DNA from: Thermoprotei archaeon
Lineage (GTDB): Archaea > Thermoproteota > Thermoprotei > Thermoproteales > B15-G16
DNA length: 64,000 nt
Assembly: GCA_003649205.1 (NCBI GenBank)
Contig: QMRC01000001.1
Coordinates: 96,001-160,000, forward strand
Direction: 5' to 3'
The position numbers and the translations under genes were made by a program. Shown here in pieces: positions 9,664 to 20,183 of the stretch. The notes under the pieces are model-generated. The model did not search any database. It had not been told where the DNA came from and was given only the letters and a program-made list of their open reading frames with translations. Positions within the stretch are counted from its first letter, which is position 1, and each line of letters starts with the position of its first letter.

Positions 9664-11139
9664 GTGATGGGTTATAGGGAGCTTCTAGAGTTAGTTAGGT
9701 ATGCTAGGGACTCAATTAGGAGGGATGTTATTGAGGAACAGAGTAGGTCGCTGATTGTTAGTCACTATGATGCTGATGGTCTTTGTTCTGCCGCTATCCT
9801 ATCGTCTACACTAGCTAGGTTCGGTATACCGTATCACATCAAGGTTTTTGAGCAGCTTGATGTTGAGTTGCTTAAGTACATAGCTTCACTTAGGTACGAG
9901 GTTGTGTTTTTGCTAGATATGGGTAGTGGTGTTTTGAATCTTGTTGCGGAGTACCTTAGGGATAAGAAGTTGGTCGTTATTGTTGATCATCATCAGCCTA
10001 GACAAGTTCCTTCACTTAGAGAAAACATCATTGAAGTTAATCCCCATAGAGTAAATGTCGATGGTTCAAGGGAGGTTAGTACGTCATCACTTACGTACTT
10101 TCTCGCTAGAGAGCTTCTTGGTGGTGTGAGTAGTTGTAGGAGGTTTATTCCTCTTGCTATTGCTGGTGCTCTTGGTGATAGACAGGATCAGGGTGAGAAG
10201 AAGAAGTTGATTGGTGTGAATAGGGTTGTGGTTGAGGAGGGTATTGTTCAGGGTGTTATTAGTGAGGAGATTGGTCTAAGGCTCTATGGTCTTAAGACTA
10301 GACCATTGGTTAAGTGTCTTGAGTACACAGTTGATCCGTATCTTCCTGGGTTGACAGGTAATGAGGAAATGTGTGTTAAGTTCCTGAAGTCTCTCGGTAT
10401 TGAACCTAGGGGGCCTGATGGTAGGTATAGGTACTTCACAGAACTCTCTGAAGATGAGATGAGGAGGATGGTTATTGGTCTAATTAGGTACTTGATTGAG
10501 CATGGCTATACTAGTGTTGAGGCTGAGGAGATTTTTGGATACAACTACTACAATAGGCTTGAATCTGAAGCTAGTCCATTCTACGACCTTAGAGAGTTCA
10601 GTGCTTACATGAACGCCTGTGGTAGGATGTATAGACATGGTCTTGGTATTCTCCTTGGTCAAGGTTACAGGAGTAGGGATGTTGTGGAGAAGGTCTTGGA
10701 GACGTATGTGGAGTATCGTAAAGTATTGAGTGGTGCGTTGAGAAGGATTAGGGATGCTAGGGATAAGTATGTTCGTGAGCTAGAACACATCTACGTACTG
10801 AATTGCAGGGGCGAAGTTAGTGATAGAGTGCTCGGTGCGGTAGCATCAATTGTTGCATCCTCAGGTATTCTTGGGTTGGATAAGCCACTTGTTGCTCTTA
10901 CTCAGTGGGAGGACTACATTAAGGTTTCACTTAGGAAGACTAGAGATCTTAGAGCTGAGTACCGTGAGGTGAATCTCGGTCAGATTGTGGAGAAGGTAGC
11001 TACTGAGGTTGGTGGTGTTGGTGGTGGGCATAGGGATGCTGCTGGTGCTAAGATCCCACTAGGTACTGCCGAGGAATTCGTTTCTAAGCTAAATGAGGAG
11101 ATCGGGGCTCAAGCACATGTTAAAGAAGGTAGTAAGTGA
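9664..11139 (+). CDS. RecJ/Cdc45-like DHH phosphoesterase
   Basis: HYDADG, LDMG, VDHH, GALGD, GGGH motifs; S15-RecJ-Pcc-S3ae synteny. Confidence 0.9.
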   Translation: MMGYRELLELVRYARDSIRRDVIEEQSRSLIVSHYDADGLCSAAILSSTLARFGIPYHIKVFEQLDVELLKYIASLRYEVVFLLDMGSGVLNLVAEYLRDKKLVVIVDHHQPRQVPSLRENIIEVNPHRVNVDGSREVSTSSLTYFLARELLGGVSSCRRFIPLAIAGALGDRQDQGEKKKLIGVNRVVVEEGIVQGVISEEIGLRLYGLKTRPLVKCLEYTVDPYLPGLTGNEEMCVKFLKSLGIEPRGPDGRYRYFTELSEDEMRRMVIGLIRYLIEHGYTSVEAEEIFGYNYYNRLESEASPFYDLREFSAYMNACGRMYRHGLGILLGQGYRSRDVVEKVLETYVEYRKVLSGALRRIRDARDKYVRELEHIYVLNCRGEVSDRVLGAVASIVASSGILGLDKPLVALTQWEDYIKVSLRKTRDLRAEYREVNLGQIVEKVATEVGGVGGGHRDAAGAKIPLGTAEEFVSKLNEEIGAQAHVKEGSK

Positions 11140-11371
11140 ACTGAGGTTAGTGACAGAGTTCAACTATAGTTTGAGATTTGCTCTAGAAGTAGATAATGTT
11201 GATTTGCCGGAGAAGCTTGAGCTACTTCAAGTGATGTGTCAAGGGAATGAGCTCATCATTAAAGTTATCGCGAAGGATCTAGGTACTCTACGGAATACAG
11301 TAAATGATGTTCTTAGGTGTCTCTACTCAGCTATGTCTACTCTCCAATCTTTGAACGTGGATAAAGCTTAA
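11093..11371 (+). CDS. KEOPS Pcc1-family protein (likely the Pcc2 paralog)
   Basis: ALEVDN...AKDLGTLRNTVNDVLRCL; conserved position. Confidence 0.8.
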   Translation: MRRSGLKHMLKKVVSELRLVTEFNYSLRFALEVDNVDLPEKLELLQVMCQGNELIIKVIAKDLGTLRNTVNDVLRCLYSAMSTLQSLNVDKA

Positions 11372-11407
11372 TTACTACTGGTTCTATGTCTCGTGAGAGG
11401 TTGAGGT

Positions 11408-12073
11408 ATGAGTAGAGTAGCTAGGAAAGATAGGTGGGCACTGAAGAAGTGGTATACTGTGTACGCCTCAAGCGCATTTGGCTATGCAGAGCTAGGTGAG
11501 GTACCTGCGCTTGTACCTGAGTACTTAATAGGTAGGACTATTGAGGTTACGCTCTTTGACATAACTAAGGATATATCGCAACTGCATGTGAAGCTGAAGT
11601 TCCAGATAAAGAGAGTTGAAGGTGATAAGGCATATACTCAGTTCAAGGGGATGGAGTTAGCTAGGGACTACATAAGGAGCTTAGTTAGAAGAGGAACAAC
11701 AAAAGTTGATGGATACATCGATGTTTTTACGAAGGATGGTAATCACCTAAGAGTTGGTTTTCTAGCAGTCACGGCATATAGGTGTAAGAAGTCTCAAGAG
11801 AGAGCAATTAGGAAAATAGCTTTTGAGACTATAGCTGAGAAGGCTTCACAGTTAGGTTTCGATGAGTTCATTCAGGAGGCAGTCTTAGGTAAGATAGCTG
11901 CTGAAATCTTTGCAAGAGCAAAGAAGATCTATCCACTGAAGAAGGTTGAGATCATGAAGATTAAGGTCTTCTCAGCACCACCTGTGTTAACACCTGAAGA
12001 ATATGAGGCGCAGAGAAGAGCTGCTGAGAAAGCTGTTGAGAAAGTTCCAGCAGAAGCAACATCACCAACATAG
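11408..12073 (+). CDS. rps3ae: 30S ribosomal protein S3ae (eS1)
   Basis: [22 protein letters not shown]. Confidence 0.97.
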   Translation: MSRVARKDRWALKKWYTVYASSAFGYAELGEVPALVPEYLIGRTIEVTLFDITKDISQLHVKLKFQIKRVEGDKAYTQFKGMELARDYIRSLVRRGTTKVDGYIDVFTKDGNHLRVGFLAVTAYRCKKSQERAIRKIAFETIAEKASQLGFDEFIQEAVLGKIAAEIFARAKKIYPLKKVEIMKIKVFSAPPVLTPEEYEAQRRAAEKAVEKVPAEATSPT

Positions 12074-12075
12074 CA

Positions 12076-13722
12076 GTGAAGGCATTAATTCGTGAGAAGA
12101 ACGTAGTTAGGAAGAATTTGAAGAGAGTAGACTTAGCGATCTGTCTCTGCTATCCAAGTACCTACAGAGTATCTATAGCGAGCTACTCCACGCACCTGAT
12201 CTATCTATTGCTTAATTCGAGAGATGATGTTGCTTGTGAGAGGTCAGTATATGCTCTAGATGAAGATGAGTATAGGAGAGGTGGTCAACGTAATCCACGT
12301 AGTATAGAGTCGCAGACTCCTCTCAATAGATTTCATGTTTTAGCGTTTTCAATACATTATGAGAAGGATGTGGTTAACGTATTGAGGATGTTGAAGAGGG
12401 CTGGTATTCCACTTAGAAGGGACGTGAGAGTGAAAAATGGTGGACCAATTGTCATTGCTGGTGGTCCAGTGGTTATTGAGAATCCACGTCCTTTAGAAGA
12501 TTTTGTTGATGCATTCTTAATTGGCGAGATAGAGCCAGTATTTAATGAGGTTGTCGATAAATTGAAGGATGCTATTGATGCTAGAGACCCATCTTACCTT
12601 GCTGATCTACCGTACATGTACGTACCTGGATACAGTACGAAGGTTAGGAGAGTATTTGCTACGAACCTAGATGAGGCCCCACATCCAACTCAGCAAATTA
12701 TGCCTCTAGATGATAGGTATCTACTATTTGGTAGGTCATTTCTCCTCGAAATCTCTAGGGGTTGTGGATGGGGTTGTAGATTTTGTCTCTCTGGTTATGT
12801 GTATAGACCGCCAAGACATAGATCACTATCCCTACTCATTGATGTGTTAGAGGAAGTTAGTGAGGAGGAAGGTCTAGAGAAGGTAGCTTTGATATCACCT
12901 ACATTACTCGACTATCCTGATCTTGATGAGCTACTGAAGCACATCTGTGAGGAGAGGAAATTCAAGATCTCAACACCATCTATGAGAGCTGATTTACTAA
13001 GTGAGGAAGTTCTTGAGCTTCTCGTCAAGGGTGGTCAAACTACGATTACCCTAGCTCCAGAAACAGCGAATCCACGTATAGGTAGGTACATTGGTAAGCT
13101 AATACCAAGTGATGAGCTTGTTCAGGTGTGTGAACTACTTAGGAGGTACAGAGTTAGGAAGTTGAAGCTCTACTACATGATTGGTTTACCTACTGAATCT
13201 CTTGAGGATGTTGTGTCGATAGCTAGTCAGGTTAAGTTGATAAGGGAGGTGTATGGGGGTAGTGTTGTGTTGAATGTAACTCCTTTCATACCTAAACCTC
13301 ACACACCATTTCAGTGGTTTAAACCAGCTTCACTTCAGTATCTCGAACACGCTATTGACGTCCTCAGACGTAATGTCACCGATGTTGAGTTACGTATATT
13401 CTCTCCTCGAGATGCACTAATCGAAGCATTAATCTGTAGATCAGGACCAGAGTTAGGCCGTATTCTCGAGTACATCGTGGTTAATGAGATTCCAAACACT
13501 TTGAGAGGATGGTTAAGAGCATGCAGTGAACTGGGAGTAAATATGTGGGATCTCGTGTACCGTAAGTACTCACTAGATGAGGAGCTACCGTGGGATATTA
13601 TTGAGGGAGTACCATCTAAGAAGTTCCTCATTGAGGAGTTCTATAGAGCCGAGAGGGGTGAGAGTGTTCTCAAGTGTAATGGTCACTGTAGTACCTGTGA
13701 TATATGTTGCTTAGCGAGGTGA
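12076..13722 (+). CDS. radical SAM protein with B12-binding-like N-terminal domain
   Basis: [43 protein letters not shown]. Confidence 0.88.
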
Positions 13723-13738
13723 GCTGCGGACTAGAGAG

Positions 13739-14773
13739 CTAATCAGTAATTTCCTTAAGCTTCATATCCTTAGGAAGTACCTCCCTAAGGAGTGCTATAC
13801 ACCTCTCAACTAGTTCATCTACGTCGTACTCACCTCTAACTGTTAAAGCAGCAGCAAGGCTGTGACCACCACCAGCACCTTTGAGCTTACTAGCTAGGTA
13901 CTCCATTAGCTTTGAAGTAGCTATACCTGTAACCTCAATAAATCTCTGAGATGCACGTGTGCTTATACGGACCTCACCATTATGTGAACCAACCACAATA
14001 GCTAGGTCTGCACCAGCATCGATGAGAGCTCTTGCCGCTGATCCTTCGTAGGCACTTACATGCGATACAGCAATTATCACGTCATCACCTAACTTAAGCA
14101 TCCTTGCTCGCTTAATTGACTTTAGACGAGCAACTCTCTCAGCAAAGGAAGGTCTCTGATACATACTCTCGAGAACTAGACCATAGTTACCACCTTTCTC
14201 AATTAACTCAGCAACCACACGAAATACTCTAGGAGAAACAATGACAAATCTCCTCGTATCAAACACTATACCTCCAAGGAGAAGTGTTAGTGCTTGCTTA
14301 GGTAACTCAATGCCATACTCACTAGCTAGTTCATAAACTAACTCAGATGAGGAGGATGCTTTAGGGTCATAGAGGTAGAAACTAGCTAGTGAAAGCAGCT
14401 CACTATAGGTCTCATGATGATCGATTAGACCGATCTTCACATCACCACTCTCTACTAGGTTCCTCACGTAATCCATTACTAGACCTGTCTGTTCAATTCT
14501 AGCAACATCAATTAGAAGTACGAAGTCACGTGGTTGAAGATGTGGCTCTCTACTGTAGTCATAGCTAATACCCACTTTACTCAGTAGCTGTTTCGAAGCA
14601 TGGCTAATACCATCAGGATGAACAATACTTACCTCAGTACCACGCACTATGTTCTCAACAACTAGCTTAGTGGCGTAAGCTGAAGCAACGGCATCTGGGT
14701 CAGCATTCCTGTGAGTTATAATAACGACCCTACCTGCATCAGCTACTTGATTCCGAAGATCTCCCTTCCTCAT
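13739..14773 (-). CDS. DHH-family phosphoesterase (NrnA-like)
   Basis: THRNADPDA, IDHH, GIVFDT, GGGH. Confidence 0.9.
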   Translation of the reverse strand: MRKGDLRNQVADAGRVVIITHRNADPDAVASAYATKLVVENIVRGTEVSIVHPDGISHASKQLLSKVGISYDYSREPHLQPRDFVLLIDVARIEQTGLVMDYVRNLVESGDVKIGLIDHHETYSELLSLASFYLYDPKASSSSELVYELASEYGIELPKQALTLLLGGIVFDTRRFVIVSPRVFRVVAELIEKGGNYGLVLESMYQRPSFAERVARLKSIKRARMLKLGDDVIIAVSHVSAYEGSAARALIDAGADLAIVVGSHNGEVRISTRASQRFIEVTGIATSKLMEYLASKLKGAGGGHSLAAALTVRGEYDVDELVERCIALLREVLPKDMKLKEITD

Positions 14774-15053
14774 TACTGCTACCCCTCCTGTACCTCTCCA
14801 ATAACTCATCAGCTACCTTAAGTCCATACTCAATAGCTTCATCAATCAACTTATTTAGGCTACCTCTGTAGAATGGTGAGGTCTCAATAGTGACCTCAAT
14901 ACTTACCTCGTACGGGTACTCTCTGGTTATGTCAACTCTCACATCGAGAGAAAAAAGTTGGTACTCAGGTACACGTTCCAGGACGTATTCACAGACTTTA
15001 GACGCAATCTCTTCACAGAGCTTAATCCTCTCCTCTTCAGTAAGCACCTTCAT
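14739..15053 (-). CDS. DUF3194-family protein
   Basis: small acidic protein in the conserved slot between prefoldin beta and DHH. Confidence 0.7.
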   Translation of the reverse strand: MKVLTEEERIKLCEEIASKVCEYVLERVPEYQLFSLDVRVDITREYPYEVSIEVTIETSPFYRGSLNKLIDEAIEYGLKVADELLERYRRGSSNEEGRSSESSS

Positions 15054-15054
15054 G

Positions 15055-15444
15055 CTAACCTGCTGTTTGCTGAGCTTGCTGTCTTAACCTACTCAGCTCT
15101 TCACTAACTTTCTTACTTAATTCCTCAATTTGCTTCCTAAGTAGTGACTCCTGTCTTGAGAGTGTCTTTATGTGTAGCTCAACGATCTCTCTCCTCTCTT
15201 TGAGATCTTGAAGAGCTTTATCTCTCGTACTTGCAACCAATATTGGACCAGCAATCTTATACACAGGAGTGTTCTCACTAATCTTCTCTAGCTCACTAAT
15301 GGCACTTTCTATCTCCCTCAGTTCATTCTCCCATTGTTGTCTCCTCATGATCAGCATCTGAAGCTGTTCCTGAAGTTGCTGTAGTCTCCCAATTTCAGCC
15401 TGTAGATGTGGAGGTAGGTTCCTTAAGTCAATCGTCGTACTCAT
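15055..15444 (-). CDS. pfdB: prefoldin beta subunit
   Basis: two coiled coils flanking VYKIAGPILV. Confidence 0.94.
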   Translation of the reverse strand: MSTTIDLRNLPPHLQAEIGRLQQLQEQLQMLIMRRQQWENELREIESAISELEKISENTPVYKIAGPILVASTRDKALQDLKERREIVELHIKTLSRQESLLRKQIEELSKKVSEELSRLRQQAQQTAG

Positions 15445-15477
15445 GGCAAACCCTCCGAATTCGTGTTCTCAAGTCAA

Positions 15478-15810
15478 TTACTTCTTATTATCCTTTCGCT
15501 GTACTTCACTACTTGAGAGTAGCGAGAGTGTGTTCACAACAACTAATGCAGCTCTTAAGTAGCTATTGAGTAGTGCCCTTAGTGCCGAGATATCTTGTGC
15601 TTCAACAACTATCTCAACTGCAGCACCCTTTCTACTAATACTAGCACACCCACGCTCGCTCAATCTCTCCTTCACATCTACCTCTAAGCTACGGTACACG
15701 GTATCCGCTTCGTGTTCAGTATCGAAGTGAAGCTCTATCTTACAGCTGTGTCTGTACTTCCTCACGTTTTTGAACCTCGTACTTAAGCCCCTTATACACA
15801 AACTTCTCAA
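15478..15810 (-). CDS. pcc1: KEOPS subunit Pcc1 (start uncertain)
   Basis: VYRSLEVD...EAQDISALRALLNSYLR. Confidence 0.85.
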   Translation of the reverse strand: MRSLCIRGLSTRFKNVRKYRHSCKIELHFDTEHEADTVYRSLEVDVKERLSERGCASISRKGAAVEIVVEAQDISALRALLNSYLRAALVVVNTLSLLSSSEVQRKDNKK

Positions 15811-16354
15811 TCCTTAGCTCAGGTCCAATAGGTTTGAAGCTCCTGGAGTCGAGGAAATTCAGTATTATAAGGTACTTGTACCTAGCCTTTCTAGCATATA
15901 TCAAACTGTCACAGCTACCTCTTAAGTCGTGTAGCTTAGGTACAGAGCACGAGGGTAGATCCAGTACCTCTGCAAGAGCTTCAGTAAATATGTGAACGAA
16001 ATCAGGTTGGTGATCTTCCGTAACGATCATGGCTGAACTCACCTTATGTGGCTTAATACCTTCAGGAAACTCTCTAAGAAGCTTCACACCCCCCATCACA
16101 ATAGCTAGTGGTAGGAAGTAGTAAGTATCCTCCTCAACCTTCATGAACTTCATGTGACCAGGATTACCGCCCTTCCTAGCACCAACAATTATCACGTGAT
16201 CTAAACCAAGCTCATAGGCTCTAATAGCAACAGCCTCAATATTCATCTTACCCCTATTAACCTTGATAGCGTTGGGAAGCGCAGCAGCTAACTCCTTACA
16301 GAAAGACCTTATCCTCGGTGTAGGTCTTCGTGTCGTAGTAACCATTATACCCAT
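15740..16354 (-). CDS. Brix/Imp4-domain ribosome biogenesis protein
   Basis: TTTRRPTPRIRSFCKEL, NRGKMN, GNP, IGPELRI. Confidence 0.9.
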   Translation of the reverse strand: MGIMVTTTRRPTPRIRSFCKELAAALPNAIKVNRGKMNIEAVAIRAYELGLDHVIIVGARKGGNPGHMKFMKVEEDTYYFLPLAIVMGGVKLLREFPEGIKPHKVSSAMIVTEDHQPDFVHIFTEALAEVLDLPSCSVPKLHDLRGSCDSLIYARKARYKYLIILNFLDSRSFKPIGPELRIEKFVYKGLKYEVQKREEVQTQL

Positions 16355-16410
16355 GCAACTAGCTACCTCAAGGAAATTTCTTCAGAAGAAAGAAGGTGTT
16401 GATTACTAGA

Positions 16411-16743
16411 TTACTCTTCTCTCTCCTTCTTTAGCTTCTCCTTCACGTACTCTCTCCACTTCTGCTTCTCAAGCTCAAATACCTTATACTCTTCAGGTGC
16501 AAATGTCTTACCTAGAGAGGTCTGTGGTACCCAAGCACCACCAGCAAATACATGACCGCACTTCCTACATCTCCATATACCAACTGCAATCCTCTCGAAT
16601 TTGGTTAGTGTTCTACAGATTGGACATCTATGTTTCCCACGCTGCTTAACCTCGATCTGGGTGATCTTCCTACGTAAGCTAGCACCGTATCTTGCACCGT
16701 ATCTTCCTGCTGGACCAACAACCTTTGTGTGTGAGAATGGCAT
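16411..16743 (-). CDS. rpl37ae: 50S ribosomal protein L37ae (eL43)
   Basis: GRYGARYGASLR, CPIC...GIWRCRKC...FAGGAW. Confidence 0.96.
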   Translation of the reverse strand: MPFSHTKVVGPAGRYGARYGASLRRKITQIEVKQRGKHRCPICRTLTKFERIAVGIWRCRKCGHVFAGGAWVPQTSLGKTFAPEEYKVFELEKQKWREYVKEKLKKEREE

Positions 16744-16794
16744 GGTTATCTACTCCCTAGAACGTGTGTTAGTTCATAAAGATTACTCTCTTAC

Positions 16795-17622
16795 CTATGT
16801 ACCTACCTTCTTAATTGCTTCGAAGATCTTATTCCTAAGCTCATTTGATACCTGTACAGCCATGTCAATGGCTTTGTGCACTTCTTCTATCGTGAAGTAA
16901 CCTCCTAATCCCTTCTGTATTGCACACACTTTTCCCTCTTCATTAACTGCTATACTGAGCCTAGCATCCATGACCAGTTCCTCGTCAAGACATGGATCGA
17001 CAACTATGTGATCACCTATCTTAGCCATCGTTACTGTTACTGGGTAATGCTCTACAGGTAGTGGTTCGAGTGTTCTCTCATCAATCTTAACTTCACCTCC
17101 TTCGACAGTTACCTTGGGTAACTTCGTATTCAGTAGCGCTGTCAACGCCGCTAGTGCTGACGCATCTATTAGATTACCATCATGATTCAGCACGTAGATG
17201 TCACACCATAGAACCCATACGTGTTTTCCAGGTACTATACATAGCTTCTCTAGATTTACAGCACCCGTACTCCTGAGTCCACGATCAACGACTCTAGCTA
17301 CTTCAATAGCATTTTCATCAGGTGGTCCTGGTTCAAATGTTGGTGATGCGAAAGGTACAAATTCTACATTTACCATTAAGGCACCTGCATCTGGTGTGTC
17401 AGGGAACGGTGCACCTATACCAGCCTTGATACCTGCTATAACCATTGTATTACCAAGCTTAACAAGTGCTGACCCATTAGCTCTCTCAACTATACCAGCT
17501 TCAATAGCTATTTGTCTGTACTCAGTTAGCTTCCTACCATCGATTCTAGAACCTTGTTGAAGCATTGCGTAGATAGTCTTCTTCTTGAGGTGAGGTATTA
17601 CCTCAAATGAAGCTTTAGACAC
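16795..17622 (-). CDS. rrp42: exosome complex component Rrp42
   Basis: [28 protein letters not shown]. Confidence 0.96.
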   Translation of the reverse strand: MSKASFEVIPHLKKKTIYAMLQQGSRIDGRKLTEYRQIAIEAGIVERANGSALVKLGNTMVIAGIKAGIGAPFPDTPDAGALMVNVEFVPFASPTFEPGPPDENAIEVARVVDRGLRSTGAVNLEKLCIVPGKHVWVLWCDIYVLNHDGNLIDASALAALTALLNTKLPKVTVEGGEVKIDERTLEPLPVEHYPVTVTMAKIGDHIVVDPCLDEELVMDARLSIAVNEEGKVCAIQKGLGGYFTIEEVHKAIDMAVQVSNELRNKIFEAIKKVGT

Positions 17623-18364
17623 CTACCTCAACCTCCTCAATAACCTTCTCGTACTTTTTCCTAAGTGCTTCTTTCTGAAGCTCGTATATCTTCATGATAC
17701 CCTTCCTAGCTAACTCGAGAGCGTACTTGATTTCGTCTGGAGTCCAGACACCATCTGCCTGAAATAACGTTATCACACCCCTGGTAGGCATCATAGCTAC
17801 AGGCATATCACCTTCACCATACTCATCCTCTAGGTGATTTATGTCGAGTACGATGTGTCCCTGAACCTTACCAACAGCAACAGCTGCAACCAGGTCCCTA
17901 AGAGGTATTCCTGCATCAGCAAGTGCTAGGGATGCGGCAACAATGGAAGCGCACCTAGTACCACCATCAGCCTGCAGTACCTCAATATACACATCAATAG
18001 CGCATCTAGGAAATAGTTCGAGGAATATAGCTGGTTCAAGAGCTTCTCTAATGACCTTTGATAACTCGATCTCTCTCCTAGTTGGTGCAGGACTCTTCCT
18101 CTCACCATAAACACTAAATGGCGCCATGTGGTATCTACATCTCAGAACAGCTCTATCAGGTAGTGCAAGGTGCTTTGGATGTAGCTCTCTAGGACCGTAG
18201 ACAGCCGCTACAATTATGTTCTTACCCTGTCTGATCATTGCTGATCCATCGGCATTCTTCAGTACACCAACCTCAAGCTCTATGGGCCTAAGCTCATCGA
18301 ATGCTCTACCATCACATCTCTTTCCATCAGGTGTTATCAACGGTACTGGAGGACTCTTCTTCAT
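17615..18364 (-). CDS. rrp41: exosome exonuclease Rrp41
   Basis: [22 protein letters not shown]. Confidence 0.96.
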   Translation of the reverse strand: MKKSPPVPLITPDGKRCDGRAFDELRPIELEVGVLKNADGSAMIRQGKNIIVAAVYGPRELHPKHLALPDRAVLRCRYHMAPFSVYGERKSPAPTRREIELSKVIREALEPAIFLELFPRCAIDVYIEVLQADGGTRCASIVAASLALADAGIPLRDLVAAVAVGKVQGHIVLDINHLEDEYGEGDMPVAMMPTRGVITLFQADGVWTPDEIKYALELARKGIMKIYELQKEALRKKYEKVIEEVEVGV

Positions 18365-18550
18365 AATTAAACCTCACATCAACACCCTAACTCACTAAGC
18401 ACCTCGCTACTCACACAAAACCAAACAACTTTATTACTTTAACCCAACTTCAGGGCAAATAAAACTACCTAAAGAGTTCGATGTACAGTGGAACACCATA
18501 CTAAGGATGAAGTAACTTTCCCCACAATGAAGTAGTGCCCTGGTGGGTCC

Positions 18551-19054
18551 ATGTCATCTAAATGTCTTGTCGTCACAGTATGTTGCATTGCCTTACTCTG
18601 TTCAATGTCCATACTACTATCTAAGCAGCTTCACAGCACTCCTACCTTATTCATGCCTAGGGATCCAGAAGATCACGATGTCGAAGTTTCTTATGATGAG
18701 TCCTGTATGGCTGCTGTACATAGATACTACACAGAGCCAAGACCTTACTCGTGGTATAACTATGTTGTTTTTGAAGCCGAAATCTATTACTCAAATTGGC
18801 CACTCTACAATCCATGGTGTGAATTCTGGATTGCATGGTATGATCCAAGTACATATAAGCTGTACTGGTGGTGTGTATGGTGTATACATTACTTCTACTC
18901 ATCCTCAGGTTATTACACAAAGAGTTACTATGCTTTTATTGATGGTCCACCACCTACATTCGCTGCATCAATTGCGTGCAGTTGTACTTGGTGTCTTGTT
19001 AACAAAGATTGGTCTACAGCTAAAGCGCAAATCGGTCCTCCCGGTATGATGTGA
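18551..19054 (+). CDS. hypothetical secreted Trp/Tyr/Cys-rich protein
   Basis: hydrophobic N-terminal signal, aromatic-rich mature part; the next ORF starts 13 nt downstream after GGAGGTGA. Confidence 0.65.
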   Translation: MSSKCLVVTVCCIALLCSMSILLSKQLHSTPTLFMPRDPEDHDVEVSYDESCMAAVHRYYTEPRPYSWYNYVVFEAEIYYSNWPLYNPWCEFWIAWYDPSTYKLYWWCVWCIHYFYSSSGYYTKSYYAFIDGPPPTFAASIACSCTWCLVNKDWSTAKAQIGPPGMM

Positions 19055-19067
19055 TGGAGGTGAGAAC

Positions 19068-20153
19068 ATGACTGGATTAGCCAGGAAGATCTCTAGTACT
19101 AAGACCAGGTACCTGATTACTGCTTTACTCTTTGGAATACTCTTACTAACAGTAGCTATGTTGTACCTGATTGCATCACCGAGGTTAGCAGTACATGGAG
19201 AGATTACAGAGAAAACCTCCACATATGTAACTCCGAAGATTAGGGAAGTAGAGGAAGCCAAAAAGAGTGTTGTAGCAGGTAAGTCTAGCAAATCAGCTAC
19301 ATCCATTCATGTCATGGAAAGTAAGTCAGCAACTCTAGCTGGTAAGGTATTCGTCTATAGAGTCTTAGGACGACAATTAACCTTAAGAATTAATAACGTA
19401 ACAGTGGTTGCTACCGGTAAGGACAGCATTGCTCAATTATATGTTTCAATAGTAAGGATTAGGGGAAAGTGCTACATTAACTGTACTCTAGTGGTTAAGG
19501 GTCTGTTGTGGTTTAGTAATCATACCAGTAGATTTGGTGTAATTAAGTTGAGTGAGTTGCTCCCTCCCGGTAATGCATTCTATCCAGTGATTGAATTGAG
19601 ACCAGTGATTCGGTTCTATAAGGTGTATCTATGTAGACCATACGCTGTAATGAAGACAGAAGAGTATAAGGTGAAGGGTAGAATTTGGAGAATAAACGTA
19701 ACTCTATACAGGTTGGTTAAGGTGAATGAAACATTCATTACTGGTAGAGCGTATGCGTATACGAAGGTTTACGTTAGTGAGGGAAGAGCTGTAGAGGAGC
19801 TGTATTGGTATAGCAACATGTCGTTGATAACTAGACGTGAGGCGATGAATCCTGTAATTATTGAGAGCATTAATAGGACATTGAGTATGCTTAACCTCAA
19901 AGTACTGAGATTGCTAAGTTACAGACACAATTATGAGCCATGGATCCCACAGCCTCTAGCTACACTCATACTGATAAATGAGACACATGGTATGGTCTAC
20001 AACATAGTACTTCCAGGGGCACCAACCGAAATAGGTTATCCAGAAGCTCCACTAAAGAAGTTGAAGTTGCTACCTATATCTAAGCTATGTGAGGAGTTAG
20101 GTATTGTTCATCCGTACATCGAACTTCACCTAGTAGATATCAGAAACTCGTAG
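19068..20153 (+). CDS. hypothetical N-terminally anchored membrane/exported protein
   Basis: 361 aa ORF, strong SD GGAGGTGA, one N-terminal TM, several N-x-S/T sequons. Confidence 0.75.
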   Translation: MTGLARKISSTKTRYLITALLFGILLLTVAMLYLIASPRLAVHGEITEKTSTYVTPKIREVEEAKKSVVAGKSSKSATSIHVMESKSATLAGKVFVYRVLGRQLTLRINNVTVVATGKDSIAQLYVSIVRIRGKCYINCTLVVKGLLWFSNHTSRFGVIKLSELLPPGNAFYPVIELRPVIRFYKVYLCRPYAVMKTEEYKVKGRIWRINVTLYRLVKVNETFITGRAYAYTKVYVSEGRAVEELYWYSNMSLITRREAMNPVIIESINRTLSMLNLKVLRLLSYRHNYEPWIPQPLATLILINETHGMVYNIVLPGAPTEIGYPEAPLKKLKLLPISKLCEELGIVHPYIELHLVDIRNS

Positions 20154-20183
20154 GTACTTAGATGATGAATTAGAGTTATTGAA

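Noticed and set aside
18505-18555. ATGAAGT repeats resembling a C/D sRNA; similar weak cases near 9093 and 25340-25380
   Set aside because: D/D' boxes are too degenerate to support a call.
18543-19049. 168-aa ORF overlapping 18551-19054 in another frame
   Set aside because: No signal peptide or coherent composition; probably a stop-free by-product of Trp/Tyr/Cys codons, though not formally excluded.
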